63,985 bases of DNA, filler included, from Candidatus Hydrogenedentota bacterium (GCA_040752395.1; 6 parts of 6 records of this genome joined end to end with filler, not necessarily neighbours in it); one strand, 5' to 3'; numbered from the whole stretch's first letter, positions 22,008-33,015 are shown. Numbers and translations are program-made. Notes: generated from the sequence alone by a model not told the origin.

Positions 22008-23222
22008 GTGCCAGCAACACTAATCGTAGGTATCCAGTGGGGTGATGAGGGTAAGGGGAAGATAACAGACCTGTTGGCTGATAAATATGATTGCGTTGTA
22101 AGATATCAGGGCGGCGATAACGCGGGACATACCGTTGTTAAATTAGGTAAAAAATTCAAACTTCATTTTGTACCATCAGGAATCCTCTTCAAAAATAAAC
22201 TCGCTGTTATGGGAAACGGGATGGTTGTGAACCTTATCTCACTTGTGAAAGAATTGGATGAACTGAAGAACAATGGTATTGATATTCGTTATTTAAGAAT
22301 ATCTGACAGGGCCTTTACTATCTTACCCGTACATATTAATGAAGATAAATTAAAGGAGGATGGTTCTTTTTCTATAGGGACAACAGTGAAAGGTATTGGC
22401 CCTGCATATAAGGACAAAATAAATCGAACAGGTATACGAATCGGTGATTTCTTTGAGCCTGATATTGAAAAAAGACTCTTAAACAGAGAATTAAACAATA
22501 GTGAGATTAAAGAACAGTTATCCTGTTTTAATAAAGTCAAAGATTATGTCTGCGATACTGTAACTTTATTAAATGATATGCATAAAAAGGGTGGAAAAAT
22601 ATTGCTTGAGGGTGCTCAAGCCACGATGCTTGATATTGATTTTGGTACGTATCCTTATGTTACGAGTTCTTCACCCTCAGCTGGCGGCGCCTGTACAGGA
22701 ACAGGACTCCCACCATCTTCGATAAAGAAAATTATAGGTATTTCAAAAGCTTATACAACCCGAGTCGGTAAAGGGCCATTCCCAACTGAACTCACTGATA
22801 AATTGGGAGATCTAATAAGAGAAAAAGGTGTTGAATATGGAACAACTACAGGGAGACCGAGACGCTGCGGCTGGCTCGATCTCGTTGCGCTCAGATATGC
22901 TATAAATGTTTGCGGTGTTACCGCAATCGCTATTATGAAGCTTGATGTCTTATCAGGACTTCATGAGATTAAAGTGGCTGTAGGATATGTATTACATAAT
23001 AAGAAACTAAAATGTTTTCCATCGAGAATATCTGCAATCAAAGAAGTAAAGGTTGAATATAAGACTTTTAAAGGGTGGGAGACCGATATAAAAGGTATAA
23101 GAAAATTAAAAGATTTACCGATACAAGCACAGAGATACATAAGATTTATTGAAAAAGAAATTGGTATCCCTGTAAAATATATTTCTACCTCACCGGATAG
23201 AAAGGACACGATAATAAGATGA
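22008..23222 (+). CDS. purA: Adenylosuccinate synthetase
   Basis: QWGDEGKGK, QGGDNAGHT, GTYPYVTSS, EYGTTTGRPRRCGWLD. Confidence 0.98.
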   Translation: MPATLIVGIQWGDEGKGKITDLLADKYDCVVRYQGGDNAGHTVVKLGKKFKLHFVPSGILFKNKLAVMGNGMVVNLISLVKELDELKNNGIDIRYLRISDRAFTILPVHINEDKLKEDGSFSIGTTVKGIGPAYKDKINRTGIRIGDFFEPDIEKRLLNRELNNSEIKEQLSCFNKVKDYVCDTVTLLNDMHKKGGKILLEGAQATMLDIDFGTYPYVTSSSPSAGGACTGTGLPPSSIKKIIGISKAYTTRVGKGPFPTELTDKLGDLIREKGVEYGTTTGRPRRCGWLDLVALRYAINVCGVTAIAIMKLDVLSGLHEIKVAVGYVLHNKKLKCFPSRISAIKEVKVEYKTFKGWETDIKGIRKLKDLPIQAQRYIRFIEKEIGIPVKYISTSPDRKDTIIR

Positions 23223-24457
23223 ATCTACCATTATGGTCAGTGCTACCTTTTGTGGCACTGCTTTTAAGTATAGCGATATTGCCGTTAGCTGTACCACATT
23301 TCTGGGAACCAAACAAAAACAAGGCGATAATATCATGTATATTTGGGTTACCGGTTGGTATATATTTTATATTCGCAAATCCGCGTTATCTTATGCATAT
23401 TGAACACGAATATTTTTCGTTTATTGTTTTATTGGGAACGTTGTTTATTATTTCAGGTGGTATATTCTTAAGAGGTGATATTCAAGCCACACCAATAAAT
23501 AATTCTATTTTTTTACTTATCGGCTCTATACTTGCATCATTTATCGGTACCACAGGTGCTGCTATGCTTCTTATTAGAGCCGTACTTAATATAAACAAGC
23601 AAAGAAAACATATCTGTCATACTGTAATATTTTTTATTTTTTGTGTTGCCAATATAGGTGGTTGTTTAACACCTTTAGGTGATCCGCCGCTTTTTCTTGG
23701 ATATCTAAAAGGAGTACCTTTTTCCTGGACATTTCAATTATTACCCGAATGGTTGTTTATGAACGTTATATTGATAGTTTTATATTTTATAATAGATGCT
23801 ATAATGATTAAGAGAGAGCGCAAGAAGGACTTACTGAGAGATGAAATGACAATAGAGCCGATAAGAGTGATAGGCGGTATTAATTTTATTTTTTTACTCG
23901 GTGTCATTCTCACTGTTGCATTTATTCCTATGACACCCTGGCGTGAATTAATTATGTTTTTATTAGTAGGGTTATCTTTAAAGCTTTCTTCCCGGGAAGC
24001 AAGAACAGCAAACAAATTTACTTTTAGTCCTATAATAGAGGTAGCGGTATTATTTTTCGGTATTTTTTTAGCGATGATGCCCGCGCTTGTTATTTTAAGT
24101 GAGCGTGGTGCATCGCTTGGGCTGATGAGTCCTGCCCAATTTTTTTGGTGCACCGGCTCTCTTTCTTCTTTCTTAGACAACGCACCAACTTATGCTGTAT
24201 TCTTTGAACTCGCAAAAGCTGTTGGTGGCGGTGTCGGTGAATTGGTTGCCGGGGTACCAGAAGAACTCTTGAGAGCGATCTCCATAGGTGCAGTATTTAT
24301 GGGAGCTAATACTTACATAGGTAATGGACCCAATTTTATGGTTAAAGCGATCAGCGAAGAAGCAGGCGTTAAGATGCCGAGTTTCTTTGGATATATGCTC
24401 TGGTCAGGCTGTATTTTGATCCCGTTATTTGTAGTTGTAACTTTTATCTTTTTCTGA
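23219..24457 (+). CDS. Putative Na+/H+ antiporter (ion transporter superfamily, CitMHS_2-like)
   Basis: Multi-TM; GTTGAAMLLIR, ANIGGCLTPLGDPPLFLG, SSFLDNAPTY, TYIGNGPNFMVK. Confidence 0.85.
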   Translation: MNLPLWSVLPFVALLLSIAILPLAVPHFWEPNKNKAIISCIFGLPVGIYFIFANPRYLMHIEHEYFSFIVLLGTLFIISGGIFLRGDIQATPINNSIFLLIGSILASFIGTTGAAMLLIRAVLNINKQRKHICHTVIFFIFCVANIGGCLTPLGDPPLFLGYLKGVPFSWTFQLLPEWLFMNVILIVLYFIIDAIMIKRERKKDLLRDEMTIEPIRVIGGINFIFLLGVILTVAFIPMTPWRELIMFLLVGLSLKLSSREARTANKFTFSPIIEVAVLFFGIFLAMMPALVILSERGASLGLMSPAQFFWCTGSLSSFLDNAPTYAVFFELAKAVGGGVGELVAGVPEELLRAISIGAVFMGANTYIGNGPNFMVKAISEEAGVKMPSFFGYMLWSGCILIPLFVVVTFIFF

Positions 24458-24752
24458 TACTCTTACTTCCTACTTTCAAAGGCACAAAGGATATTAAGGG
24501 ATTGGTCATAGGTGATGGGGTATATTAGGGGGCGGCGGTTAGCTTAGGGGTCGTGAGTCGAGAGTCGTGAGTCAAAACAGGACTCGAGACTCAAGACTCA
24601 AGACTCAAGACTTTTCAGCAGGCCCCGGGCTTTTGGCTCCAGCCGGCTGTAGTCCGTAGCCTGTAGCCCGTCCTGATACCTCTCACTTCTTCCGTTATCT
24701 TGCTTCTTGCTTCTACTTGATATTATTAGAGTTACAATGTTTTTCAGAGGGG
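24455..24752 (+). repeat. Composite array ending in 31-bp site copy 12 (24722-24752, serC SD)
   Basis: GAGTCGT/GACTCAA, GGCT/TGTAGCC and TCTTGCT modules, then ATTATTAGAGTTACAATGTTTTTCAGAGGGG. Confidence 0.92.
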
Positions 24753-24761
24753 GTTTTATCT

Positions 24762-25856
24762 ATGTACGGACGAGTTTATAATTTTAATCCAGGACCAGCA
24801 GTACTACCAGAAAGTGTTCTTGAAAAGGCGAGAGACGAGATGATGAATTATAAAGGAACAGGAATCTCTGTTATGGAGATGAGCCATCGGTCTAAAGAAT
24901 TTGAGGAAATCATTCAGAATGCAGAGGCTTCTGTAAGAAGAATTATGAATGTTCCTGATAATTACGATATTTTATTTCTGCAGGGTGGTGCAAGTCTACA
25001 GTTTGCTATGGTTCCTATGAATCTTTATATTGATGGCAAACCGGTAGATGTTATTCATACAGGTGCATGGACTAAAAAAGCGATTGGCGAACTAAAAAGG
25101 ATAACCCAATACAGCTTAGCCTGGGATGGTGAACCGCTAAAATTCAGTCATATACCAACACAAGAAGAATTAAAACTCGAGAAAAACGCTTCATACGTCC
25201 ATATATGTTCAAATAATACGATTTTTGGAACACAATGGCGAGAATTTCCTGCTACAGGTGAGGTTCCATTAGTCGCTGATATGTCATCTGATATTATGTC
25301 CCGCGTGATAGATGTTTCTTTATTCGGGCTTATTTTTGCAGGCGTTCAGAAGAATGTGGGGTCAGCCGGGGCTACACTTGTTATTATAAGAAAGGATTTA
25401 GTAGATAGATGTAAAGACAGCGTTTCTGTAATACTTCAATATAAAACACATATCAAAGAGAAGTCTTTATATCATACACCCCCTTGCTATGCGATTTATA
25501 TTTCAGGACTTGTTTTGGGATGGATTGAGAAGCAGGGGGGACTCAGCGCCATAGAAAAAATAAATGAAGAAAAAGCAAGGATACTTTACGATGCCATAGA
25601 TAGCAGCGATTTTTATTATGCAACAATAAAAGACAAAGAATCACGTTCAAGAATGAATGTGAATTACAGAATCAAAGGCAATAACGAAGAATTAGAAGAC
25701 CGATTCGTCAAAGAGGCAAAGAAGAACGGGCTTGTTGGATTAAAGGGGCACAGGTCAGTTGGCGGGTTACGTGCTTCCTTATATAATGCTTTATCTATAG
25801 ATGGTGTTAAAACATTAGTTGAATTTATGAATGAGTTTGCTAAAAAGAATGGTTGA
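24762..25856 (+). CDS. serC: Phosphoserine aminotransferase (start revised to MYGRVYNF)
   Basis: NFNPGPAVLP, EMSHRS, QGGASLQF, ADMSSD, QKNVG, GHRSVGGLRASLYNA. Confidence 0.97.
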   Translation: MYGRVYNFNPGPAVLPESVLEKARDEMMNYKGTGISVMEMSHRSKEFEEIIQNAEASVRRIMNVPDNYDILFLQGGASLQFAMVPMNLYIDGKPVDVIHTGAWTKKAIGELKRITQYSLAWDGEPLKFSHIPTQEELKLEKNASYVHICSNNTIFGTQWREFPATGEVPLVADMSSDIMSRVIDVSLFGLIFAGVQKNVGSAGATLVIIRKDLVDRCKDSVSVILQYKTHIKEKSLYHTPPCYAIYISGLVLGWIEKQGGLSAIEKINEEKARILYDAIDSSDFYYATIKDKESRSRMNVNYRIKGNNEELEDRFVKEAKKNGLVGLKGHRSVGGLRASLYNALSIDGVKTLVEFMNEFAKKNG

Positions 25857-25924
25857 CAAAACAAAAACTTTTAAATATTAGCTAATTTTGTCGATGTTCG
25901 TAATAACAATGAAACAAAAAACAG

Positions 25925-26377
25925 GTGTATGTTATGTTGGATGAAATGTATTTTCAATCCCAGGAAGTTATAAGAATAACAGGCGTATCAAATAGACAGC
26001 TTCAATACTGGGATGAAACTAATTTTATTAAACCAAGTTTTAAATCTACAAGAAGAAGGAGATATACATTAAGAGACATAGTGCTTATTAAAATATGTAA
26101 AACCATTCAAGACCATCTTGGCCTTTCTATCCAGGAATTACGCCGAAATCTTAATAGAATAAGAGAATTGTTACCCAGAGAGGTTGTGCCGCTCGAAGAC
26201 GTTGTTGTGTATACTGATGGTGAAAATATCATAGTAGCAGAGAGAGGCAGGTATTTAAATTTCAGTCTTCGACAGAATATGCTGAAATTTGATTTAGGTG
26301 AGATAATTCAGTGGGCAAAATATGTTAAAGAGAACCGGGAAGTATACACTGCTGAACAGCTAATACTTTCATTGTAG
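25925..26377 (+). CDS. MerR-family transcriptional regulator
   Basis: V..ITGVS.RQLQYWDE...IKPS......RRY...D HTH. Confidence 0.85.
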   Translation: MYVMLDEMYFQSQEVIRITGVSNRQLQYWDETNFIKPSFKSTRRRRYTLRDIVLIKICKTIQDHLGLSIQELRRNLNRIRELLPREVVPLEDVVVYTDGENIIVAERGRYLNFSLRQNMLKFDLGEIIQWAKYVKENREVYTAEQLILSL

Positions 26378-26421
26378 TATTTCCTCAGAAACTCATCAAC
26401 TTTTTCGAGGGAGTCATATCG

Positions 26422-28008
26422 ATGGATTCAAAAAAAATTTTTATATATGATACCACATTACGTGATGGAACACAGGCTGAAGGTATAGCATTCTCAGTTG
26501 AGGATAAGATTCGGATAACTAAAGAGCTTGATAACATAGGTATAGACTATATTGAAGGCGGCTGGCCAGGGTCAAATCCTATATCTATAGAATTTTTTAA
26601 AAGAGCCAAACATATAACTTTTAAACATTCTAAACTTGCTTCCTTTGGTTCTACACGTAAAGCAAAAACCAGTGTTAGTGATGACCCAAATATCAAAGCT
26701 ATTTTAGAGGCTGATACACCGGTTGTGACTATTTTTGGTAAATCCTGGGATTTGCATGTTAAAGATGCGCTGAAAGTCGATCTACAAACTAATCTTGAGA
26801 TGATTAAAGATTCGGTCTCTTATATTAAAAAGTTTAACAAAGAGGTTATCTATGATGCAGAACATTTTTTTGACGGTTATATAAACAATAAAGACTACGC
26901 AATTGCTACTTTGAAGGCTGCAAAAGAAGGTGGCGCGGATTGTTTATGTTTATGTGAGACAAATGGTGGGAGACTATATTTTGAGGTCTTTAATATTGTA
27001 AAAGATATTAAAGCGATGTTTCCTGATATAAGGATAGGTATCCATACACACAACGATTCAGAATTAGGTGTAGCTAATACTTTAGCAGGTGTCGAGGCCG
27101 GGGCAGAACATGTGCAGGGTACGGTAAATGGTATCGGTGAACGATGCGGAAACGCTAACCTCATCTCTATCATCGCTAATCTGGAACTAAAAATGAATTA
27201 CAAATGTTTATTAGAAAATAAAATAAGAGATTTAACCTATCTCTCGAGGTTTGTTTATGAACTGGCAAATCTTGCGCCTAATACCCGTCAGCCTTTTGTA
27301 GGGAAGAGCGCGTTTGCTCATAAAGGCGGTATCCACGTGGATGCAGTTGTTAAAAACCCACAAACCTATGAACATATTGACCCTGAACTTATTGGTAATG
27401 AGCGACGAGTACTAATCTCAGACCAATCAGGTCAAAGTAATCTCCTATATAGAGCCGAGGAATTAGGATTACCTATAAAAAAGGGTACCCAGGAAATTAA
27501 GACTATTTTAAAAGTTCTTAAAGACAAAGAGTTTGAAGGTTATCAGTATGAAGCTGCTGAGGGTTCGTTTATTCTGCTTGTTAAAAAACTTCTTGGGTTA
27601 CATAAAGACTATTTTACCCTGGTGAGTTTCAGAATAATAATTGAAAAAGAGACAGATATAGAGGAGCCCTGTACCGCTACCGTAAAAGTAAGGGTTCACA
27701 ACAAAGAAGAGCTTTCTGCCGGTGAAGGGGATGGCCCTGTTAATGCGCTTGATAACGCTTTGAGAAAAGCATTATTACCCTTTTATCCTGAACTTAAAGA
27801 GATGTCGCTTGTGGATTATAAGGTTCGTGTGCTTGAAGAGAATCGTGGTACCGCAGCAAAAGTGGTTGTTCTTATCACATCATCTGACGGCACCAGGGAT
27901 TGGGGAACAATAGGTGTCGCTGAAAATATAGTTGAGGCATCGTATATAGCGCTTGCTGATAGTTTTGAATATATGATTTATCTATACAGAGAAAAACTTG
28001 AAAGATAA
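26422..28008 (+). CDS. cimA: Citramalate synthase
   Basis: YDTTLRDGTQAEG, IEGGWPGSNP, GKSWDLHV, YDAEHFFDG, HTHND, AHKGGIH. Confidence 0.93.
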   Translation: MDSKKIFIYDTTLRDGTQAEGIAFSVEDKIRITKELDNIGIDYIEGGWPGSNPISIEFFKRAKHITFKHSKLASFGSTRKAKTSVSDDPNIKAILEADTPVVTIFGKSWDLHVKDALKVDLQTNLEMIKDSVSYIKKFNKEVIYDAEHFFDGYINNKDYAIATLKAAKEGGADCLCLCETNGGRLYFEVFNIVKDIKAMFPDIRIGIHTHNDSELGVANTLAGVEAGAEHVQGTVNGIGERCGNANLISIIANLELKMNYKCLLENKIRDLTYLSRFVYELANLAPNTRQPFVGKSAFAHKGGIHVDAVVKNPQTYEHIDPELIGNERRVLISDQSGQSNLLYRAEELGLPIKKGTQEIKTILKVLKDKEFEGYQYEAAEGSFILLVKKLLGLHKDYFTLVSFRIIIEKETDIEEPCTATVKVRVHNKEELSAGEGDGPVNALDNALRKALLPFYPELKEMSLVDYKVRVLEENRGTAAKVVVLITSSDGTRDWGTIGVAENIVEASYIALADSFEYMIYLYREKLER

Positions 28009-28010
28009 AA

Positions 28011-29168
28011 TCAACCTAATAACTTCTCAATAAGTTCCCAGCCATTGTTTATAATATTTTTAGTACGCTCTGCAGATATCTCATTAAAATTATCAACACC
28101 TTTACTCTTTTTATATGAACGATAGAGAAGATACGGTACCATGGCTTTTGTATGAACCCTTAATCTTATCGGCGTACAGTGGTCGGGTAGAATAAGAACC
28201 TGATACTTTTTATCCTGGTTTTCAAAAAATTCGAGAATTTTACCTAAAACCTTCTTATCAATAGTTTCAATAGCCCGTATCTTCTCTTGTAGATTTCCCA
28301 TATGGCTCGCTTCATCAGGCGCTTCTATATGAAGATAAACTAAATCATAACCGGACTTGAATGCATCGATTGTATATAAAGCCTTGGCATCATAATCAGT
28401 ATCAATAAAGCCAGTAGCACCAGGAACGTTTATTACATCAAACCCGGATAGAATCCCGATACCCTTTAATAAATCAACAGCTGATATAATCGCTCCTTTG
28501 ATTTTAAATCTCTTTGCCTGATTAACAAATCGCGGTTTTTTACCACCGCCCCATGGCCAGAGCATATTAATCCCGGATACCTCATTACCTAATATTTCGT
28601 ATGATTTAAAAATCAGTTTTAGAAGTATGTTATTCTCTTTACCGCCTCTTGGCAAAATATCTTTGATATATCGACCGACATTATCGTGTGGCGGGTACGT
28701 TATACTTTTACCATCGCCCTGTAAAATAAGTATGTTTCTATAGGATTTACTATGTAATAGTTTGACCCCTTTTATTCCCAGATTTTTATTGAGTTTATCA
28801 ATCAATATATTAGCTGTTTTATCACAGGGATGACCACCTGAATAATCTATTAATCTTAAATCTTTATCAACATTTATAAAATTTACTCTATATGCAACCT
28901 CTTTATTTTTTAAGTTATATCCAAGACTGATGCATTCAAGTGAGCCACGTGGCAACCCTTTTTTAATTTTTTGACCTATTATTGTAGCATTGGCTATCTC
29001 ACTACCTGGTTTGCAATTTAACGGTATGGTTCTAACTAATCCTACCTCACTGTTTTTCGCCAGTTTATTAAAATTTTCTGTGCGACTGACAGCGAGTGGG
29101 GTTTGATTGTTCAGATCTTCTATCTTGTAATCAGCCATCCCATCAGGAACAAGTAAAAGTGTCTTCAT
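28011..29168 (-). CDS. Cofactor-independent phosphoglycerate mutase family (ApgM-like)
   Basis: DGMAD, TPL, PGSEIAN, HIEAPDEASH.G, LPDH.TP...RVH. Confidence 0.88.
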   Translation of the reverse strand: MKTLLLVPDGMADYKIEDLNNQTPLAVSRTENFNKLAKNSEVGLVRTIPLNCKPGSEIANATIIGQKIKKGLPRGSLECISLGYNLKNKEVAYRVNFINVDKDLRLIDYSGGHPCDKTANILIDKLNKNLGIKGVKLLHSKSYRNILILQGDGKSITYPPHDNVGRYIKDILPRGGKENNILLKLIFKSYEILGNEVSGINMLWPWGGGKKPRFVNQAKRFKIKGAIISAVDLLKGIGILSGFDVINVPGATGFIDTDYDAKALYTIDAFKSGYDLVYLHIEAPDEASHMGNLQEKIRAIETIDKKVLGKILEFFENQDKKYQVLILPDHCTPIRLRVHTKAMVPYLLYRSYKKSKGVDNFNEISAERTKNIINNGWELIEKLLG

Positions 29169-29172
29169 AACT

Positions 29173-30228
29173 TTAGAAACCGAGATATCTCATAATTTCT
29201 TTAATATCGCATTCCATCTCAGGCGGCTTTGAAACCTGCTTTACTGCAAGATTTGGATCCTTTAAACCATGACCTGTTAATATACATACAATTAACTCAT
29301 TATCTTTAATTTTTTTTTCTCTATGTGCTTTTAATAAACCAGCAACACTCGCTGCTGATGCAGGTTCGCAAAATATTCCCTCGTTCATTGCAAGGAATTT
29401 ATATGCCTCAAGTATCTCATCATCAGTAACCATATCAATATAACCATCAGATTCTTTTGCGGCAGCTACAGCTTTATCCCAGGATGCAGGGTTTCCTATC
29501 CTTATTGCAGTAGCGATAGTTTCTGGTTTATCAATTTTTCTTTTAAGAACAATAGGTGCAGACCCACTGGCCTGGTAACCGCAAAGCCGGGGCTTGTTTT
29601 TTACAACGTCTTTTTCAAAATATTCTTTATATCCAATCCAATAGGCTGTAATATTCCCTGCGTTACCAACAGGTATGAATTGTCTATCAGGTGCTCTTGA
29701 AAGCGTGTCACATATCTCAAATGCTGCTGTTTTCTGGCCTTGTAATCTATATGGGTTGAGCGAATTAACAAGCTGTAGCGGGTATTTTTCAGTAGCTTCT
29801 AAAACAATATTTAACGCTTCATCAAAATTACCTTTCAAAGCAATGACTTTAGCACCATGTATCATACTTTGAGCAAGCTTACCGAGCGCTATAGCATTAC
29901 TCGGGATTATTACTATACAGAGAATACCAGCTCGTGTTGCGTATGCAGATGCTGAAGCTGATGTATTACCTGTAGAAGCACATATAACAGCTCGTTTGCC
30001 CTCTTCAACAGCTTTACTTATAGCTACTGTCATACCCCTGTCTTTAAATGAACCAGTGGGGTTTAAACCTTCATATTTTAAATATATCTCACCTTTATGA
30101 GATAATTTTTTCTCTAAACTATATGCCCTTAAAAGAGGTGTATTACCTTCAAGCAGAGTTATAACAGGCGTTTTATCATTCACAGGTAAATATTTTCTAT
30201 ATCTTTCTATAACACCATAGTAGCTCAT
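29173..30228 (-). CDS. thrC: Threonine synthase
   Basis: EGLNPTGSFKDRGM, CASTGNTSAS, PVGNAGNITAYW, TAIRIGNP. Confidence 0.96.
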   Translation of the reverse strand: MSYYGVIERYRKYLPVNDKTPVITLLEGNTPLLRAYSLEKKLSHKGEIYLKYEGLNPTGSFKDRGMTVAISKAVEEGKRAVICASTGNTSASASAYATRAGILCIVIIPSNAIALGKLAQSMIHGAKVIALKGNFDEALNIVLEATEKYPLQLVNSLNPYRLQGQKTAAFEICDTLSRAPDRQFIPVGNAGNITAYWIGYKEYFEKDVVKNKPRLCGYQASGSAPIVLKRKIDKPETIATAIRIGNPASWDKAVAAAKESDGYIDMVTDDEILEAYKFLAMNEGIFCEPASAASVAGLLKAHREKKIKDNELIVCILTGHGLKDPNLAVKQVSKPPEMECDIKEIMRYLGF

Positions 30229-30279
30229 TATGGTAATCCCTCAAGTTATATAATAGAGGCAAGAACCAAGATAAACAAA

Positions 30280-31575
30280 CTATTCAAGGATTCTTATAAG
30301 CGATGATTTTGCTTTAATAATACTTAATTTATCTATCTCTTTTAGCGCTTCTTTAACCCTTCGTTCATTAGCTTTATGAGTTAATATAACAATAGGTACG
30401 CCTTTAGGATTATTCACTTCTTTTTGTATAACCGATGCTATACTAACATCATTTATTCCGAGTATCCGTGATATTTTTGCTAAGACAAGGGGTCTATCAA
30501 GAGTGATAAATTTTAAAAAATAAGAACAATAAATATCGTCAACCGCGAACACAGCTTTTTTTATATATCTTTTCTTTATATTTTTCGGTAATTTTTCTCT
30601 ATAAACGATCTTCTTTGCTAAATCAACAACATCAGCGACAACAGCACTTGCAGCAGGATATCTTCCTGCACCTTTACCATAATAGAGTTGTTCCGAAACA
30701 GCATCGCCTTTTAAAAATATCCCATTATACTCGTCAGGGATATTTGAGAGAGGATGATTAATTGGTACGAGAGCTGGATGAACCCTTATATCGATTTTAT
30801 CAACAATGCGTTTGATAGTAGCTATGAGTTTCACACGAAATCCCATCTCAAACGCATATTTTATATCCTGGAGCGTAATATTACTTATACCCTCTATGTA
30901 AACATCGTTAAAAGGTATAATTGATTGATAAACAAGCCCTCCTAAAAGTACAGCCTTGTGTGCAGAATCGATACCATTTATATCAAGCGATGGGTCAGCT
31001 TCAGCGAATCCGTTATTTTGAGCGAGTTTCAAAGCTTTATCAAAATCCATCTCTTCCTTTTCCATCCTTGTTAAAATATAATTAGTTGTTCCATTTATAA
31101 TGCCATAGATTTCAGTAATATCATTTGCTATCAACCCTTCTCTGATTGATTTTAGTATAGGGATGCCACCTGCAACAGATGCCTCGTATCTTATCTCGAC
31201 ATCATTTTTAAAAGCCAGGTCAAAGAGTTCTTCCCCACGCTCAGCTAAAAGCGCTTTATTAGCTGTAACAACGTATTTTTTATTATTTAATGCATTTGAT
31301 ACAATATCATAAGCGGTATCTAATCCACCTATTAATTCAACAACAATATCACATCTTTTAGAAGCACTCTTTATATCGATTATTTTTATATTTTGAGATA
31401 TATTTATTTCTTTTAATATTTTTTTATTTTTTTCACAAACACCATAAATTCCGATCTCTAAACCAGTCTTTTCATTAATCTCTTTATTTTTATTTGTTAT
31501 AAGTTCATAAACACCTCTTCCAACTGTTCCAAGCCCTATTAGATTAATATCAACACACATCTTTTTCATATTCAA
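30280..31575 (-). CDS. hom: Homoserine dehydrogenase with ACT domain
   Basis: GLGTVGRG, VVTANKA, EASVAGGIP, NGTTNYIL, GFAEADP. Confidence 0.95.
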   Translation of the reverse strand: MNMKKMCVDINLIGLGTVGRGVYELITNKNKEINEKTGLEIGIYGVCEKNKKILKEINISQNIKIIDIKSASKRCDIVVELIGGLDTAYDIVSNALNNKKYVVTANKALLAERGEELFDLAFKNDVEIRYEASVAGGIPILKSIREGLIANDITEIYGIINGTTNYILTRMEKEEMDFDKALKLAQNNGFAEADPSLDINGIDSAHKAVLLGGLVYQSIIPFNDVYIEGISNITLQDIKYAFEMGFRVKLIATIKRIVDKIDIRVHPALVPINHPLSNIPDEYNGIFLKGDAVSEQLYYGKGAGRYPAASAVVADVVDLAKKIVYREKLPKNIKKRYIKKAVFAVDDIYCSYFLKFITLDRPLVLAKISRILGINDVSIASVIQKEVNNPKGVPIVILTHKANERRVKEALKEIDKLSIIKAKSSLIRILE

Positions 31576-31586
31576 TTGGTCTCCTA

Positions 31587-32513
31587 TTACAATGCTATCC
31601 TTTGTTTCAACATTCTAAATCTATTCTCTATCTCTTTTTTTGTTATATTATAGAGTTTAAAAATGCTAAAATCTTCAATATTATAAGAGGCAGTGACAGT
31701 GCCATAAGCAAGTGCCCGAGCCATAGATTTTTTATCAAGCCCTAAATCTTTACTTGCGAGATAACCCATTATACCGCCAGCAAAACTGTCCCCTGCACCC
31801 GTTGGGTCTTTTACCTCTTTAGTTAAAAATGCGGGCAGATTGATGAAAAACTCTCTGCTCATAGCATCTACACCATAACAACCCTTTTTTACTATCACAA
31901 CCTTTGGCCCTAAATTAAGTAATTTCTCCATAGCTTCAAGATAATTTATACTCTTTTTTTGTACTGACTCTTCCAAAAACATATATAGCTCAGCTTCATT
32001 TAATATCACGCCATCAACCACCTTAAATAATTCAACCAGTACATCCTTTTTACTTTTAATCCAGTAATTCATCGTATCGCAGATAACAATCTTCGGTTTC
32101 TCTATCTGGTTCAATACATCTACCTGTAATTGTGGGTCTATATTGGCTAAAAAAAGGTATGTTGTATCTTTATGAATATCCTTTAGAATCGGTTTAAAAT
32201 TCTGGAATGCGTTAAGTTCTGTGCATTCAGATATAGCTTCATTCATATCGCCTTCATATCTACCTTTCCAGAAGAATGTTTTTTCTCCTTTTTTGATTTC
32301 GACACCTTGATAGTCTATTCTTCTTTTCTCCAATCGTTTCAAAAAATTAAGATCAAAATCATCACCGACTACACCTATCATATATACTGGCGTAAATAAA
32401 GAAGCAGATACAGAAAAATATATAGCAGACCCGCCGAACCTGCGTTCCAGTTTACCAAAAGGCGTCTCGACTGTATCATACGCAATAGAACCTACTACTG
32501 TAAGTTTACCCAT
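31587..32513 (-). CDS. PfkB-family carbohydrate/nucleoside kinase
   Basis: VVGSIAYDTVETP, GGSA.Y, DPTGAGDSFAGG. Confidence 0.92.
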   Translation of the reverse strand: MGKLTVVGSIAYDTVETPFGKLERRFGGSAIYFSVSASLFTPVYMIGVVGDDFDLNFLKRLEKRRIDYQGVEIKKGEKTFFWKGRYEGDMNEAISECTELNAFQNFKPILKDIHKDTTYLFLANIDPQLQVDVLNQIEKPKIVICDTMNYWIKSKKDVLVELFKVVDGVILNEAELYMFLEESVQKKSINYLEAMEKLLNLGPKVVIVKKGCYGVDAMSREFFINLPAFLTKEVKDPTGAGDSFAGGIMGYLASKDLGLDKKSMARALAYGTVTASYNIEDFSIFKLYNITKKEIENRFRMLKQRIAL

Positions 32514-32534
32514 AAAATTACTCCGGAAAATATA

Positions 32535-32634
32535 NNNNNNNNNNNNNNNNNNNNNNNNNNNNNNNNNNNNNNNNNNNNTTAATTAATTAANNNNNNNNNN
32601 NNNNNNNNNNNNNNNNNNNNNNNNNNNNNNNNNN
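32535..32634. other. Artificial contig spacer
   Basis: N/TTAATTAATTAA/N. Confidence 0.98.
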
Positions 32635-32636
32635 TT

Positions 32637-32882
32637 AACCCATATCTCCAGACCGCACATCTTGACCTTGATAAACCGATAAATATCTTAAAACCATTTC
32701 TTACAGAAAACAATATTAATTTTATAAATCTTAAGGATTATTTTAAAAAGACTGATAGAACCCTTTATTTCAAATACGACGCACATTTTAATGAACAAGG
32801 CCACGAATTTGTTGCTCACATTATTTCGTACTATCTGAAAAATCTAAGCATAATTAATTTAAAGGAAATAAATAAAATTTGA
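32637..32882 (+). CDS. C-terminal part of an SGNH/GDSL-like hydrolase (5' truncated by gap; not in the ORF track)
   Basis: Manual translation includes LYFKYDAHFNEQGHEFVA (DxH block V). Confidence 0.65.
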   Translation, partial: NPYLQTAHLDLDKPINILKPFLTENNINFINLKDYFKKTDRTLYFKYDAHFNEQGHEFVAHIISYYLKNLSIINLKEINKI

Positions 32883-32932
32883 CGATATATATTAATATTA
32901 AGAGTAATCTTTCAGTTATAGGTGGTGAAGAA

Positions 32933-33000
32933 ATAAGAAGTGAGAAGTGAGAAGTATCAGATAACCTATAACCGAAAACAAAGACACCGAGACTAAGAAG
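32933..33000. repeat. AGAAGTG and AACCTAT/AACCGAA heptamer module upstream of the giant gene
   Basis: Matches the reverse complement of 6076-6105 and the AGAAGTG units elsewhere. Confidence 0.75.
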
Positions 33001-33015
33001 CCCAACTGAGGATAG

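Noticed and set aside
26383-26413. 14th copy of the 31-bp site before cimA
   Set aside because: Only the right arm (TTTTTCGAGGGAG) matches; treated as a possible remnant, not counted.
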